Assembly (NCBI GenBank): GCA_002010215.1
Contig: MTMY01000038.1
Location: 1-40,955 of the forward strand
Direction: 5' to 3'
Length of the DNA: 40,955 bases
Origin: Archaeoglobus sp. JdFR-37
GTDB taxonomy: Archaea; Halobacteriota; Archaeoglobi; Archaeoglobales; Archaeoglobaceae
Part shown: positions 1 to 9,361 of the stretch, one piece after another
Numbering within the stretch: position 1 is the stretch's first letter
How the letters are laid out: each line of letters begins with the position of its first letter
Position numbers and translations under genes: made by a program
Notes under the pieces: generated by a model
The model's input: the letters and a program-made list of their open reading frames with translations, nothing else
The model's database searches: none
Told to the model about the DNA's origin: nothing

Positions 1-102
1 GTATACAAGGTAGCTGAACCTCCATATGTTGCCCAGTCCAATTGCAGAGCCCACTGCTGCAAGGATGAAGCCGAGTCTGGTGCTCCAGAGTTCTCTTGCC
101 AC
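1..102 (-). CDS. Sodium-dependent transporter, NSS/SNF family (5' part; runs off window edge)
   Basis: Manual translation from GTG at 102, after a [44 protein letters not shown]. This carries the NSS TM1 signature [12 protein letters not shown]. Not in ORF track. Confidence 0.93.
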   Translation of the reverse strand, partial: MARELWSTRLGFILAAVGSAIGLGNIWRFSYLVY

Positions 103-126
103 GGAAACCACTCCTGTATCGCTTTT

Positions 127-1227
127 TTATTGCGGTATGAACATCTTTTTCATTCCACCAAGCTTCTCAATCCTCTCCATTGCCCAGATCTCAGCAGCTT
201 TATGGGTTGAAACCTGTCTGCCTGAGCTGTCAAGGATGTTCTCTGAAATTCTGAAGATTTCCTTCAGTCTGCTCCCGATCTGCTCGATCTCCTTCAGAAG
301 CATCTCCGTATCCACTTCTTTGTACTGATTCGTGCACTGATATTCATGTGCCACCGTAATGAGGCCTCCGGCATTGATTATGTAATCTGGAGCATAGAGA
401 ATGCCGAGATTTGCCAGCATATCCCCATGCTTTTCACTTTCAAGCTGGTTGTTGGCAGCTCCTGCCACTATCCTGCATCTCAATCTTTTGATGGTGCTGT
501 CGTTTATCACACCACCCAGTGCGCATGGTGAAAAGACATCGCATTCCACAGAATATATCCTGCTGGGTTCAACGTACTCTGCACCCATTTCCAGACAGGC
601 TTTCACCCTCTCCTCGTCTATATCTGTCACTGTCACCTTTGCTCCACTTTCAATCAGGAGCCTTACAAGTTCGCTGCCAACTTTTCCAAGCCCCTGAACG
701 GCTACATGTACGCCATCCAAGCAGTCATCGCCAAAAACGTATTCCAAGCATGCCTTTATACCGTGATAAACGCCGTATGCTGTGAAAGGAGAGGGGTCGA
801 GCTTCACACCTGATACATAATCCGTCTCAGTCTTTATTATACGAATATCTCCAACCGTTGTTCCTACATCCTCTCCCGTTATAAAGCGGCCGCCCAGCGA
901 CTGAATAAATCTGCCGTAACTCCTCAGTAAAACCTCATTTTTAATTTTCTTTGGATCGCCTATTATTACTGCCTTCCCTCCTCCAAAGTTCAGGCCTGCA
1001 GCAGCAGACTTGAGAGTCATAGCTTTCGCAAGTCTCAGGACGTCGCGAAGAGCATCAACTTCATTTTTATAGCTCCATATTCTTGTCCCGCCCAGAGCTG
1101 GACCGAGGGTTGTGTCGTGTATGGCAACTATAGCTTTTAAACCGGTTCTTGCATCCTGAAAGAATACTACTTCCTCAAAATCATCCCTTTCCATCAGCTC
1201 AAACATAAAACTTTGCTGAAGCTGCAT
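127..1227 (-). CDS. Leu/Phe/Val dehydrogenase (Glu/Leu/Phe/Val dehydrogenase family)
   Basis: Motifs AIHDTTLGPALGGTR, GGGKAVI, GEDVGT, GLGKVG, GAANNQL, PDYIINAGG. Start uncertain (ATG 1227 or ATG 1206). Confidence 0.92.
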   Translation of the reverse strand: MQLQQSFMFELMERDDFEEVVFFQDARTGLKAIVAIHDTTLGPALGGTRIWSYKNEVDALRDVLRLAKAMTLKSAAAGLNFGGGKAVIIGDPKKIKNEVLLRSYGRFIQSLGGRFITGEDVGTTVGDIRIIKTETDYVSGVKLDPSPFTAYGVYHGIKACLEYVFGDDCLDGVHVAVQGLGKVGSELVRLLIESGAKVTVTDIDEERVKACLEMGAEYVEPSRIYSVECDVFSPCALGGVINDSTIKRLRCRIVAGAANNQLESEKHGDMLANLGILYAPDYIINAGGLITVAHEYQCTNQYKEVDTEMLLKEIEQIGSRLKEIFRISENILDSSGRQVSTHKAAEIWAMERIEKLGGMKKMFIPQ

Positions 1228-2119
1228 GCATATCACTCTCCATTTTTACAAGCTTTCTCCACCTATCCTCAACATACTCCCTTATCTTGACAACATCACC
1301 ATCTGAAAGGTGTGCAAACCTTCCCTGGGCAAAGAGGTACTCTCCAATATCCTTCATCTTCCTCCTACCCTCTGCAATTGCCTTGCTCACACCAGTGAGC
1401 CTGAAATGGCCCTCTTCATACTCATACAGAATCCACATCCCCGTCTCCACAGCAAGTTTTCCTATCTCAACGGTCTTCTCCATCGGATACCTCCAGCCTG
1501 GAGGACAGGGAGAAAGAATCTCTATGTATCTGAACCCCTCCATCTTCTTCGCCTTCTTCACTTTCTGGTAGAGGTCGGCAAGGTAGCCCGCTGAAGCGGT
1601 GGCAACATATGGAACTTCATGGGACATCATGAGCTCGGCAACGTCTTTGCGATGTTCCTTCTTGCCACTCCAGGTTGTTGTGGTCCAGGCTCCGTAAGGC
1701 GTGGCCCCGCTCCTCTGTATGCCGGTGTTGGAATACATCTCGTTGTTGTAGCAGATGTAGATGATGTCCTCATTTCTCTCCGCCGCTCCAGAAAGCGCCT
1801 GCAAGCCAATGTCGTACGTTCCGCCGTCTCCAGCCCAGACAACAACATTCGCATCGATTCCCTGCTGGAGAAGCGAAGCTTTGATTCCAGAAGCTGTTGC
1901 TGCTGCTGAGGCAAAGGCAGTGTTAAAGACTGGAACAGCTATTGCCGAATTAGGAAACATTCCCTGATAAACAGAAGTGCAGCTAGCCGGCACTATGAGC
2001 ACCGTGTTTTTCCCTAGAGCTTTCAGGACTGTTCGCAAACACATAGATGATGCACAGCCATGACACGCAGCGTTTCCCGGCAAAAGGTATTCTTCCCTAG
2101 GCAAAGCAGAAATTCTCAA
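1199..2119 (-). CDS. porB: 2-oxoacid:ferredoxin oxidoreductase beta subunit (POR/VOR type, TPP-binding)
   Basis: ACHGC, GDGGTYDIG...NNEMYSNTG TPP motif, SPCPPGW. TTG start at 2119 follows GGAGGTGA and overlaps the alpha-subunit stop. Confidence 0.92.
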   Translation of the reverse strand: MRISALPREEYLLPGNAACHGCASSMCLRTVLKALGKNTVLIVPASCTSVYQGMFPNSAIAVPVFNTAFASAAATASGIKASLLQQGIDANVVVWAGDGGTYDIGLQALSGAAERNEDIIYICYNNEMYSNTGIQRSGATPYGAWTTTTWSGKKEHRKDVAELMMSHEVPYVATASAGYLADLYQKVKKAKKMEGFRYIEILSPCPPGWRYPMEKTVEIGKLAVETGMWILYEYEEGHFRLTGVSKAIAEGRRKMKDIGEYLFAQGRFAHLSDGDVVKIREYVEDRWRKLVKMESDMHAASAKFYV

Positions 2120-3273
2120 TATATCACCTCCATAACCCATTTTTTATCCAGCTCACCCAATACAGCCTTCTCAAAAACCCGGGATGTAACATCTCTTCCT
2201 CCCAGCCCGACAATTCTGCCATAAACCTCTGGAGGAGACCGTAAATCCCAGAGAACTGCTTTCAGTTCTGAGAAGAGCTGACCATCAAATCCCGGGCTTA
2301 CAGATCTGTCGAAAACGTAAACCTTCTCAACACTCCCAAGTTTTTCCACCACCTCCTGCTTGGGAAAAGGTCTGAATGCTTTTAGCCTGAGCAATCCAGC
2401 CTTAACTCCTCTTTTTCTCAGCTCATCAACGGCAATTTTAGCTTCGGAAGAGATTGCCCCCATGGTTACCATTGCCACATCTGCGTCCTCGAGGCGATAT
2501 TCTTCGAGAATGAGCGGCGTTAACCTGCCGGAATACTCATAAAACTCCCTTTCAACCTCTTTCATCACCTTAAGAGCCCTCTCATGGGCCTCACACACTT
2601 CTCTCCTCAGCTCCATGAAGTAATCCGGAGGCAGAATATTACCGTGAGTTGAGGGCTCATCGAAATCTAGCCTCCACACCGGATGATACTCGTCAATGAA
2701 GTCATTAACGTCTGTAATCTCAATGGGCATGGCTGTATGGGAAAGCACAAAGCCATCGTAGCAAACCATCGCTGGGAGGAGGACATCTCTGTGCTCTGCA
2801 ATCCTGTAGGCCATTATTATCGTGTCGTAAATCTCCTGATTATCGCTGCAGTAGAACTGCATCCAACCTGTATCTCTCTGCGATATGCTATCGCTGAGAT
2901 CTGCCCATATGTTCCATCCTGGCCCTATTGCTCTATTGGCTACGGCCATAACAACCGGTGTCCTCGCATTTGTGGCGTAGTGCAGCAGTTCATGCATGTA
3001 TGCAAGGCCGTGGCTAGATGTTGCCGTGAAAGTTCTCGAACCTGCTGCAGAAGCGCCAATACAGGCCGCCATTGCTGAATGCTCAGACTCGACGAGAATA
3101 AAATGAGCCTTCATCTCTCCCGTCTCAACCATTTTAGAAAGTTCTTCCACAACAGGTGTTGCCGGAGTTATAGGATATGCCGCAACAACTCTCACCTTTG
3201 CGTTCTTTGCAGCCAAAGCTGCCGCTTGATTTCCGGTTATTATCCTGACTGCTCTGGTTGTATTTGACTTCAT
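2116..3273 (-). CDS. porA: 2-oxoacid:ferredoxin oxidoreductase alpha subunit
   Basis: AYPITPAT, VESEHSA, FTATSSHGL, GLGGRDV motifs. Confidence 0.93.
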   Translation of the reverse strand: MKSNTTRAVRIITGNQAAALAAKNAKVRVVAAYPITPATPVVEELSKMVETGEMKAHFILVESEHSAMAACIGASAAGSRTFTATSSHGLAYMHELLHYATNARTPVVMAVANRAIGPGWNIWADLSDSISQRDTGWMQFYCSDNQEIYDTIIMAYRIAEHRDVLLPAMVCYDGFVLSHTAMPIEITDVNDFIDEYHPVWRLDFDEPSTHGNILPPDYFMELRREVCEAHERALKVMKEVEREFYEYSGRLTPLILEEYRLEDADVAMVTMGAISSEAKIAVDELRKRGVKAGLLRLKAFRPFPKQEVVEKLGSVEKVYVFDRSVSPGFDGQLFSELKAVLWDLRSPPEVYGRIVGLGGRDVTSRVFEKAVLGELDKKWVMEVIY

Positions 3274-4157
3274 ACTACCACCTCTCTAGAGACCCTGATA
3301 GCCTTCTTAGGACATACAGCAGAGCAGACAAGGCAGCCCTTACAGAACTCGTAATCAATCTCAATTCTGCTTCCAACTCTTTGTATCGCGCTCTCAGGGC
3401 AGTGAAGCCAGCAACTCAGACAGTTGCTACAAACGTCATAGTCTACTTCAGGTCTGAAATCCCTCCAGAACCTCGTTCTGCCAGCTACTCCTGGTGAGGG
3501 TGTAGAGACAGGCATCGTCACGGCCCTCTTTCTCCTGACGTCCTCTGTGGAGGGTTTCCCTGAACCTCTAACCTTCTCAACAACCGTCGATTCATATGCC
3601 TCTCTCACAGCAGCCACATTAGCCTTACCATTCTTGCCAAACTTCTTCATGACAACCTCTTCAAGTGTTTCAAGCTCTATATGTGAAAAAATCTTCAGAA
3701 AAGCTCCCAGCATCGGCATATTCACAACGGGTGTCCCAGCTACCAGCAAATTATTCTTGATTGCAATACCTGTAGCATCCACCGTTGCTACCAGCAATGA
3801 GCCCTGTTCGAATTGAAAATCCATGGGTGACTTCACGGTATTGATTACGATGCTTCCACCGTCCTTTAAACCCCTGAATACGTCAACAGCATCCAGAATG
3901 ATCGGATCAAGGACTATTACGTAGTCGGGAGTGTAAACCTGACTTCTCTCATGGATTGCCTCATAGGAAACTCTAGTAAAGGCCATTACCGGGGCTCCTC
4001 TTCGCTCTGCTCCAAAGAATGGTATTGACTGTGCCTCAAAACCACTGAGATAAGCTGCTTCTGCCAGTATCTTTGATGCAGTAACGGCTCCCTGACCACC
4101 TCTTCCGTGAAACCTTATTTCCCACTTTTTCCCCAATTTTTCTCCCATCATATTCAC
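3270..4157 (-). CDS. 2-oxoacid:ferredoxin oxidoreductase fused gamma/delta subunit
   Basis: N-terminal IRFHGRGGQGAVT and FGAERRGAPV (gamma); C-terminal CSNCLSCWLHCP and CKGCLVCSAVCP (two 4Fe-4S clusters, delta). Start may be ATG 4151 or 4148. Confidence 0.92.
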   Translation of the reverse strand: MNMMGEKLGKKWEIRFHGRGGQGAVTASKILAEAAYLSGFEAQSIPFFGAERRGAPVMAFTRVSYEAIHERSQVYTPDYVIVLDPIILDAVDVFRGLKDGGSIVINTVKSPMDFQFEQGSLLVATVDATGIAIKNNLLVAGTPVVNMPMLGAFLKIFSHIELETLEEVVMKKFGKNGKANVAAVREAYESTVVEKVRGSGKPSTEDVRRKRAVTMPVSTPSPGVAGRTRFWRDFRPEVDYDVCSNCLSCWLHCPESAIQRVGSRIEIDYEFCKGCLVCSAVCPKKAIRVSREVVV

Positions 4158-4180
4158 AATAATAAATTAGGTGCAAAAAC

Positions 4181-4187
4181 TATATAA
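4181..4187 (-). promoter_or_regulatory. TATA box of the oxidoreductase operon
   Basis: TTATATA on the minus strand, about 24 nt upstream of the first start codon. Confidence 0.65.
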
Positions 4188-4190
4188 CCT

Positions 4191-4210
4191 AACAATCAAT
4201 CATGATTGTT
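4191..4210. promoter_or_regulatory. Perfect 8-4-8 palindrome, putative transcription-factor site
   Basis: AACAATCA-ATCA-TGATTGTT, immediately upstream of the TATA box. Confidence 0.65.
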
Positions 4211-4237
4211 TTTAATAAAAATTTTTATTTAAAAAAA

Positions 4238-4978
4238 TTATTCAAAAAGATATCTGGAAGTCGTTTTTATGTCCAATAAATGCGGCTCTCTGTCTCTAAG
4301 TTCTTCAATAAGCCTTTTCATTATTTTGAACTCTGCTGTTCTTAGATGGTGCAGACAAGTAGATTTTGCTATGCCAAAACTCTTTGCAAGTTCGTCAACA
4401 CTGGTTTTTCGGGGCCACTCAAAGTAACCGCTCTTATAGGCTTCTATGAGTACCCTTTTCTGCTTCATGGATAAACTTCTTGAGATTTGCCCGATAATAT
4501 CCTCCACACCCTCATCTTCTAAAGACCTGAGATTCGTGATACTCAGTACTTCAACATCTATTTCATCGAAATCTATCAGCTTGTTGAGGGTGTCACTTAA
4601 CTTCTCCTCGTCAATTAAAATCACCCAGTATTCAAATCCGTTGGCTATAGATATTCTCATGGGCATGAATTCCAGAGAGAAGACCTTGTCATAGAACGTG
4701 GTGTGGGGAGGAAATCGGGCGTGGATGTCTGCTTCCAGATCATTTTTGCCTATTATGTAAACATCGTAGGCATATTCGCTGTAGTTCTCGATGCTTTCCA
4801 TATACTCTCGCAGCGCTTCATAGTTCTCTGCAATCAGGTGAAAATTGGCTCTAACCTCCTTCTCAAGCTTGAAGACGCCCTTTGTGATGAGGCACACATG
4901 GGGATGGTCTTTCGTAGACTCAATCGACCAACACCTAGGATGCCACAACTTAAGAGTGACTTTTTTTAACCCCCTCAT
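4238..4978 (-). CDS. Bacterio-opsin-activator-like (HTH_10) transcriptional regulator
   Basis: C-terminal LSMKQKRVLIEAYKSGYFEWPRKTSVDELAKSFGIAKSTCLHHLRTAE; N-terminal WHPRCW sensor-type domain. Confidence 0.88.
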   Translation of the reverse strand: MRGLKKVTLKLWHPRCWSIESTKDHPHVCLITKGVFKLEKEVRANFHLIAENYEALREYMESIENYSEYAYDVYIIGKNDLEADIHARFPPHTTFYDKVFSLEFMPMRISIANGFEYWVILIDEEKLSDTLNKLIDFDEIDVEVLSITNLRSLEDEGVEDIIGQISRSLSMKQKRVLIEAYKSGYFEWPRKTSVDELAKSFGIAKSTCLHHLRTAEFKIMKRLIEELRDREPHLLDIKTTSRYLFE

Positions 4979-5133
4979 TTCACCGCCTTCAACAAACTAA
5001 CAATTTCTACTCATATCTCTACTCTTCCACTATTAATCATTATGCGTTGAATGAGATATAAAACCAGTTTCGATTATAGTCTATGACAGAATGTGCCAAA
5101 AAGTCAGAGGGTGAGGAGAAGACGGTTTGAAGC

Positions 5134-5631
5134 CTATTTCAGCTTTAGGTACATATCATATTCGTAGTGAGGATTCACGATTTCAAACCCGAGCTTCATG
5201 TAAACGTGGATAGCTCTGGCGTTTGTCCTTTCAGTTACAAGGGTTATGCCCTCAAAACCTGCCTCTCTGCAGAACTCAATCATCCTCTTCATCATTTCCT
5301 GCCCTATCCCTCTGTCCTGAAAATCCTGATGGACAAAGATTGTGAGATCGACATCTTTCCCGTCTTCCGTAGGGACGACAACTGTATGGCCAACAATTCT
5401 GCCATCTATCTCAGCCACAATGCCAATTCCGTTTTCAGCCAGGTAGTCTATCCATCTAGAGATTGCTCCCCGCGTAGAGGGCGGTAGACCAAGGCAGCGG
5501 TTATCACTGCTGAAGGATGCATACATGTCTATCAGCTTCTCTCTGTCCGATGCGTGATCATAAGGTCTGATGATTACCTCGTCTCCCTTTCGATCCCTGA
5601 AAACCACTGGTTTAAACTGTACTGTCAGCAT
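5134..5631 (-). CDS. GNAT family N-acetyltransferase (Pat-like)
   Basis: Acetyl-CoA motif FVHQDFQDRGIG and NARAIHVYMKLGF. Confidence 0.9.
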   Translation of the reverse strand: MLTVQFKPVVFRDRKGDEVIIRPYDHASDREKLIDMYASFSSDNRCLGLPPSTRGAISRWIDYLAENGIGIVAEIDGRIVGHTVVVPTEDGKDVDLTIFVHQDFQDRGIGQEMMKRMIEFCREAGFEGITLVTERTNARAIHVYMKLGFEIVNPHYEYDMYLKLK

Positions 5632-5758
5632 GCTAAACTCTCAATAAGTAGGCGAAGTATTTATTATTTTCTTAGGCTTATTAATCATTTGAATCATTTG
5701 AATAGGTTTTGGGCTGTAAAGAGTAAATAGAGGAGTGTAATTCTGTAATTCCGGAAAA

Positions 5759-6280
5759 TCAAGAGAGCATCTCGTTAACGAACTTCTGAAACTCCTTTAC
5801 CTGCTCCTCACTTATATCTGCCAGAATTACCCTTTTCAGTTTGCTTCCAGCATCTATGTGGGCTTTCAGCTCTTCCACCATTATCCTTGCAGCTTCAGCT
5901 TTTGGAAAACCTCCCACTCCGGTTCCGAGAGCGGGGAATGCAATGCTTTCAATTCCGAGCTCTTCAGCTTTTTTCAGGGCTGCACGCATTGCAAGCCTTA
6001 CTTTCCCCGCATCAGTCCTGAAGTCCATTTCCATAGTTGGAGCATGGATTACGTATTTCGCCTTTAGCTTCCCTGCTGTTGTAGCAACAGCCTCTCCAAT
6101 TTTTATTGGGCCCTGTTTGACTGCTTCATCTTCAATCTCCTTCCCACCAGCCCTTTTGATGGCTCCGGCAACGCCACCACCCATCACAAGGCGTGTGTTG
6201 GCAGCATTTACTATTGCATCCACCTCAAGCTTTGTTATGTCACCAAGGTGAGTTATGACTTCAACTCCCCTGTAGTTCAT
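5759..6280 (-). CDS. Macrodomain protein (ADP-ribose binding / O-acetyl-ADP-ribose deacetylase)
   Basis: GDIT, AIVNAAN, GGGVAGAI, PALGTGVGG. ATG 6280 lies about 23 nt downstream of a TTTTAC TATA-like box. Confidence 0.93.
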   Translation of the reverse strand: MNYRGVEVITHLGDITKLEVDAIVNAANTRLVMGGGVAGAIKRAGGKEIEDEAVKQGPIKIGEAVATTAGKLKAKYVIHAPTMEMDFRTDAGKVRLAMRAALKKAEELGIESIAFPALGTGVGGFPKAEAARIMVEELKAHIDAGSKLKRVILADISEEQVKEFQKFVNEMLS

Positions 6281-6356
6281 AATGAATGATTGTCCAGACA
6301 AAGTAAAAGGTTTCTCATTTTTATTTTGATATGCTTTTAACCTTCAATACCACTGA

Positions 6357-6374
6357 AATGAAACTCAGGGACGG
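6357..6374 (+). repeat. 18-nt direct repeat, copy 1 (ORB-like)
   Basis: AATGAAACTCAGGGACGG, identical to 9362-9379. Confidence 0.8.
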
Positions 6375-6398
6375 AGGAGGTCTGGGTGAATGGAAAAA

Positions 6399-7880
6399 TT
6401 AATTGTTGTAAAAATTAAGCCTCATCACATTCCCGCCTGGCTGATATACTGCAACTTTTCCGGGCATTGGATTCAGGTTCACCTTTTTTTGGAACTCTGT
6501 CTGGCTCTGCCATGTTGACGAGTTTATGCAGAAAACTCCCCTGTAGAATCCCACTCCATAGGTGTGGACATGTCCAGTATGAAGGATATCTGGAACCTCA
6601 TCAATTACCAGATAATCTTCCCTCTCTGGAGCTATGGGAGAGCGCTGCCCATACATGGGAGCAAGGTGTCTTCGTTTCAGAAGCTCGTACAGAGCTTCAT
6701 GGGGCCTCTCGTAGTTCAGCCTTGGTATCTTTGCCATCAAGTCGTCCAGACTCCTGCCGTGGTAGATTAGAAGCTTCAATCCGTCAAGATCCAGAAGTGA
6801 AGGATTTCCCACGTGGGTCACATTCTTTCCAAAAAGGTCTGAAAACTCCTTTGGAAGGCACGGCTGGGGTTCCGCCTGTCTGACAGCATCGTGGTTTCCG
6901 GGGGCTAAGATTATTTTTATGTGGTCGGGAACCCTGTCAAGCTGGGATGCAGCTTCTTCGTACTGCTCATAAATATCAAAAATCGTCAACTCGTGCTCCT
7001 GCCCCGGATACACACCGACTCCGTCAACAACATCTCCAGCAACAACCAAGTATTTCACCTTCTCAGAGCCCTCTCCAATTTCCCCATTCAGCCACTTCAA
7101 AAACATCTCCCACTCCTTCTCTAGGAAGGTGTTGCTGCCGAAGTGAGCATCTGATATGAAAGCAATAGCAAAGTCCTTCTTAATGGTCTTACTGCCGTTG
7201 GGAATATCTGGAAATACTATTCTTTCAGCCATTATGCTTCTCCCACCTCTTATGGTTCCCGAAACTCCGATGACCTCGTCTCCCATCAGTTCCATGGCAA
7301 TCTCCTTTATCTTCCCCGTTGCAACAACGCTGACGATGCCTGTACGATCCTCTAGCTCGAAAATTGCCGTGTTCTGGTTGACCTCTCTCACTTCATTGAC
7401 AATCCCAATAACGTCAATGTCCTGAGTCCTCACCTTCCCTATTGCAGAAATGGGAATGGCTTTAAGGCGAGGCTTCAGTATTCTCGATATCTTTTCCAGT
7501 CTGGAGTTGAAGTAGACAACGAAGTCCTCTACTGTCCCCCTACAAGAAGATTTCCCAGTTATATCTTTCAGTACAGATACTTCCCGGACCTCTGCTGATT
7601 TCACCTTTTTAATCTCCTCTTTTGCCATCTCAGCTTCAGATTTGGGTTGAATGCTCTGAACGGGACTAACAGTTTTAACCTTGAACTTGGAGATTATGGG
7701 CTTTATCTCTTCAGGAGTTATTATAAAGCAACCATTGGCAGTCCTGCATATTTCAGCGATTATCCCATCTATATCCTCCTTCATCCCCTTAAGAAGCTCC
7801 ACAGCAGATGGATGGATGTTGTAGCCATGCATGGCGAACTTCGTAATTATAAGTCTTGAGTCGATATCTTTAACTATCAT
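6399..7880 (-). CDS. polB: DNA polymerase II (PolD) small subunit DP1
   Basis: OB fold plus phosphoesterase motifs ISDAHFGS, GDVVDGVGVYPGQ, PGNHD, YHGRS, GHVH. ATG 7880 follows a GGAGGAG RBS. Confidence 0.95.
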   Translation of the reverse strand: MIVKDIDSRLIITKFAMHGYNIHPSAVELLKGMKEDIDGIIAEICRTANGCFIITPEEIKPIISKFKVKTVSPVQSIQPKSEAEMAKEEIKKVKSAEVREVSVLKDITGKSSCRGTVEDFVVYFNSRLEKISRILKPRLKAIPISAIGKVRTQDIDVIGIVNEVREVNQNTAIFELEDRTGIVSVVATGKIKEIAMELMGDEVIGVSGTIRGGRSIMAERIVFPDIPNGSKTIKKDFAIAFISDAHFGSNTFLEKEWEMFLKWLNGEIGEGSEKVKYLVVAGDVVDGVGVYPGQEHELTIFDIYEQYEEAASQLDRVPDHIKIILAPGNHDAVRQAEPQPCLPKEFSDLFGKNVTHVGNPSLLDLDGLKLLIYHGRSLDDLMAKIPRLNYERPHEALYELLKRRHLAPMYGQRSPIAPEREDYLVIDEVPDILHTGHVHTYGVGFYRGVFCINSSTWQSQTEFQKKVNLNPMPGKVAVYQPGGNVMRLNFYNN

Positions 7881-7899
7881 TTCTACTCCTCCGAAATCC

Positions 7900-8400
7900 A
7901 TGTCCAAACAAGCACTCAGTCTTCTCAAGGATGTTGTGTCAACCCTAATTACTGTTGCGGTTATAGTTGCCATTGGCATAGCAGTCACTGGTACATGGCC
8001 ATTTATGGTGGCAGTGGAATCGGGGAGCATGGAACCCAATCTGCACAGAGGAGATGTCGTATTCCTTTTCAGCCCGGACAGGGTTGGCATAACCACTTAC
8101 GAGGAAGGAGTGGCTAAGGGATACAAGAGTTTTGGCAATTATGGGGATGTGATAGTTTACTATCCCAATGGAGACAAGAGCAGAACTCCTATCATCCACA
8201 GAGCCATAAAGTGGGTAGAAAGGGGTGAGGAAATTCCAGGAGATGGCATTGCAAAGCATTCAGGCTACATAACCAAGGGCGACCACAATGCTATGATAGA
8301 CCAGCCGTACCTCTCTGCTCCGGTTAAAAAGAGCTGGATTGTTGGAGTTGCTAAGTTCAGAATTCCCTATATAGGCTATTTCAGACTGATGTTTGGATGA
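7900..8400 (+). CDS. Signal peptidase I (Sec11/S26B type)
   Basis: TM helix, then VESGSMEP (catalytic Ser), IIHRA (His), TKGDHN. Start placed at ATG 7900 (MSKQALS). Confidence 0.93.
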   Translation: MSKQALSLLKDVVSTLITVAVIVAIGIAVTGTWPFMVAVESGSMEPNLHRGDVVFLFSPDRVGITTYEEGVAKGYKSFGNYGDVIVYYPNGDKSRTPIIHRAIKWVERGEEIPGDGIAKHSGYITKGDHNAMIDQPYLSAPVKKSWIVGVAKFRIPYIGYFRLMFG

Positions 8401-8461
8401 TTTGCATGGGTGATTGCGTGGTTCGCAGGGTGAAGTGAGAACAGCAAGATCGGGAGATAAT

Positions 8462-8710
8462 ATGCTGCTGCTCATCTTATCTCTTGTTGGAGGTCTTATT
8501 GCTGGATACTTTCTGAAAGACAAAAAGATTGAAATTTCTAGGCCCATGCAGATAACGCTAGTGGTGCTGATATTTTCTCTGGGATACGACATGGGTTCAA
8601 AGCTGGATTTTGCTGAACTGGCAAATGTTGGTGCCATTTCAGTCATCTTCGCAGTAATAACGCTCCTCCTAAGCTACCAAATGGCAAGAATCCTGAGGTG
8701 GTTTATCTGA
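8462..8710 (+). CDS. Small membrane protein, LysO/DUF340 N-terminal-like
   Basis: Three hydrophobic segments with an LIFSLGYDMG motif; overlaps the downstream LysO-like gene. Confidence 0.7.
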   Translation: MLLLILSLVGGLIAGYFLKDKKIEISRPMQITLVVLIFSLGYDMGSKLDFAELANVGAISVIFAVITLLLSYQMARILRWFI

Positions 8711-9267
8711 GCTTTGTTTACGTGGTTGTTCTGGTAGCGGGCATTCTGCTAGGTTTCTCAGAGATTGACTTTCCTCTCTACATTCAGGAAGTGCTTGCAT
8801 TGCTACTCTTCATAATTGGAATTGACCTTATGATGTCGGAAGATAAGGCAGAGAAGATCAAGAACTCTTGGAAGAGCTCCATGAGACTTGTTATGGCGAC
8901 TGTCACTGGCTCCATCGCCGGAGGATTGATTGCAGGGGCTCTGACGGGAATGGATTTGAAGACGGCCATGGCCATAGGAGCTGGAATGGGCTGGTATTCT
9001 TTGACTGGCCCCTATCTTGCCGCAAAGGCTGGAACATTCGCTGGAGCTGTTGGCTTTACATCCAATTTTTTCAGGGAGTTGCTAACCATAGTTTTCTACC
9101 CAAAGATGCCTGACAAAGAAGCAGGAATATCTGCTGGGGGTGCCACCACCATGGATTCGACTCTGCCGATTATTGCCAGCTTCGGTAGAGACTTATCGTT
9201 GACAGCATTCATGCATGGATTTGTCATTTCTATCTTGGTTCCTTTGCTGCTCTTTATTTTGGGGTGA
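8698..9267 (+). CDS. LysO (DUF340) family exporter
   Basis: GMGWYSLTG, NFFRE, GGATTMDSTLP motifs. Confidence 0.88.
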   Translation: MVYLSFVYVVVLVAGILLGFSEIDFPLYIQEVLALLLFIIGIDLMMSEDKAEKIKNSWKSSMRLVMATVTGSIAGGLIAGALTGMDLKTAMAIGAGMGWYSLTGPYLAAKAGTFAGAVGFTSNFFRELLTIVFYPKMPDKEAGISAGGATTMDSTLPIIASFGRDLSLTAFMHGFVISILVPLLLFILG

Positions 9268-9302
9268 GAAGGTGGATGGGTGGGGTGATGGGCTGATATT
9301 TC

Positions 9303-9322
9303 ACTACAGTATACTACAGTAT
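9303..9322 (+). repeat. Tandem 10-nt duplication within an imperfect inverted repeat
   Basis: ACTACAGTAT x2, flanked by GGCTGATATTTCA ... TGAAATCAGTCC. Confidence 0.7.
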
Positions 9323-9361
9323 TCTGAAATCAGTCCATTGATGCAGGTCTTTCTCTAATTG

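Noticed and set aside
7881..8096. 72-aa N-terminal extension of DP1 in the ORF track
   Set aside because: It is antisense to the signal peptidase coding region, and an RBS supports ATG 7880.
8462..9267. Split LysO as a frameshifted pseudogene
   Set aside because: Both ORFs have their own starts and overlap in a coupled way; two-gene DUF340 arrangements occur naturally.
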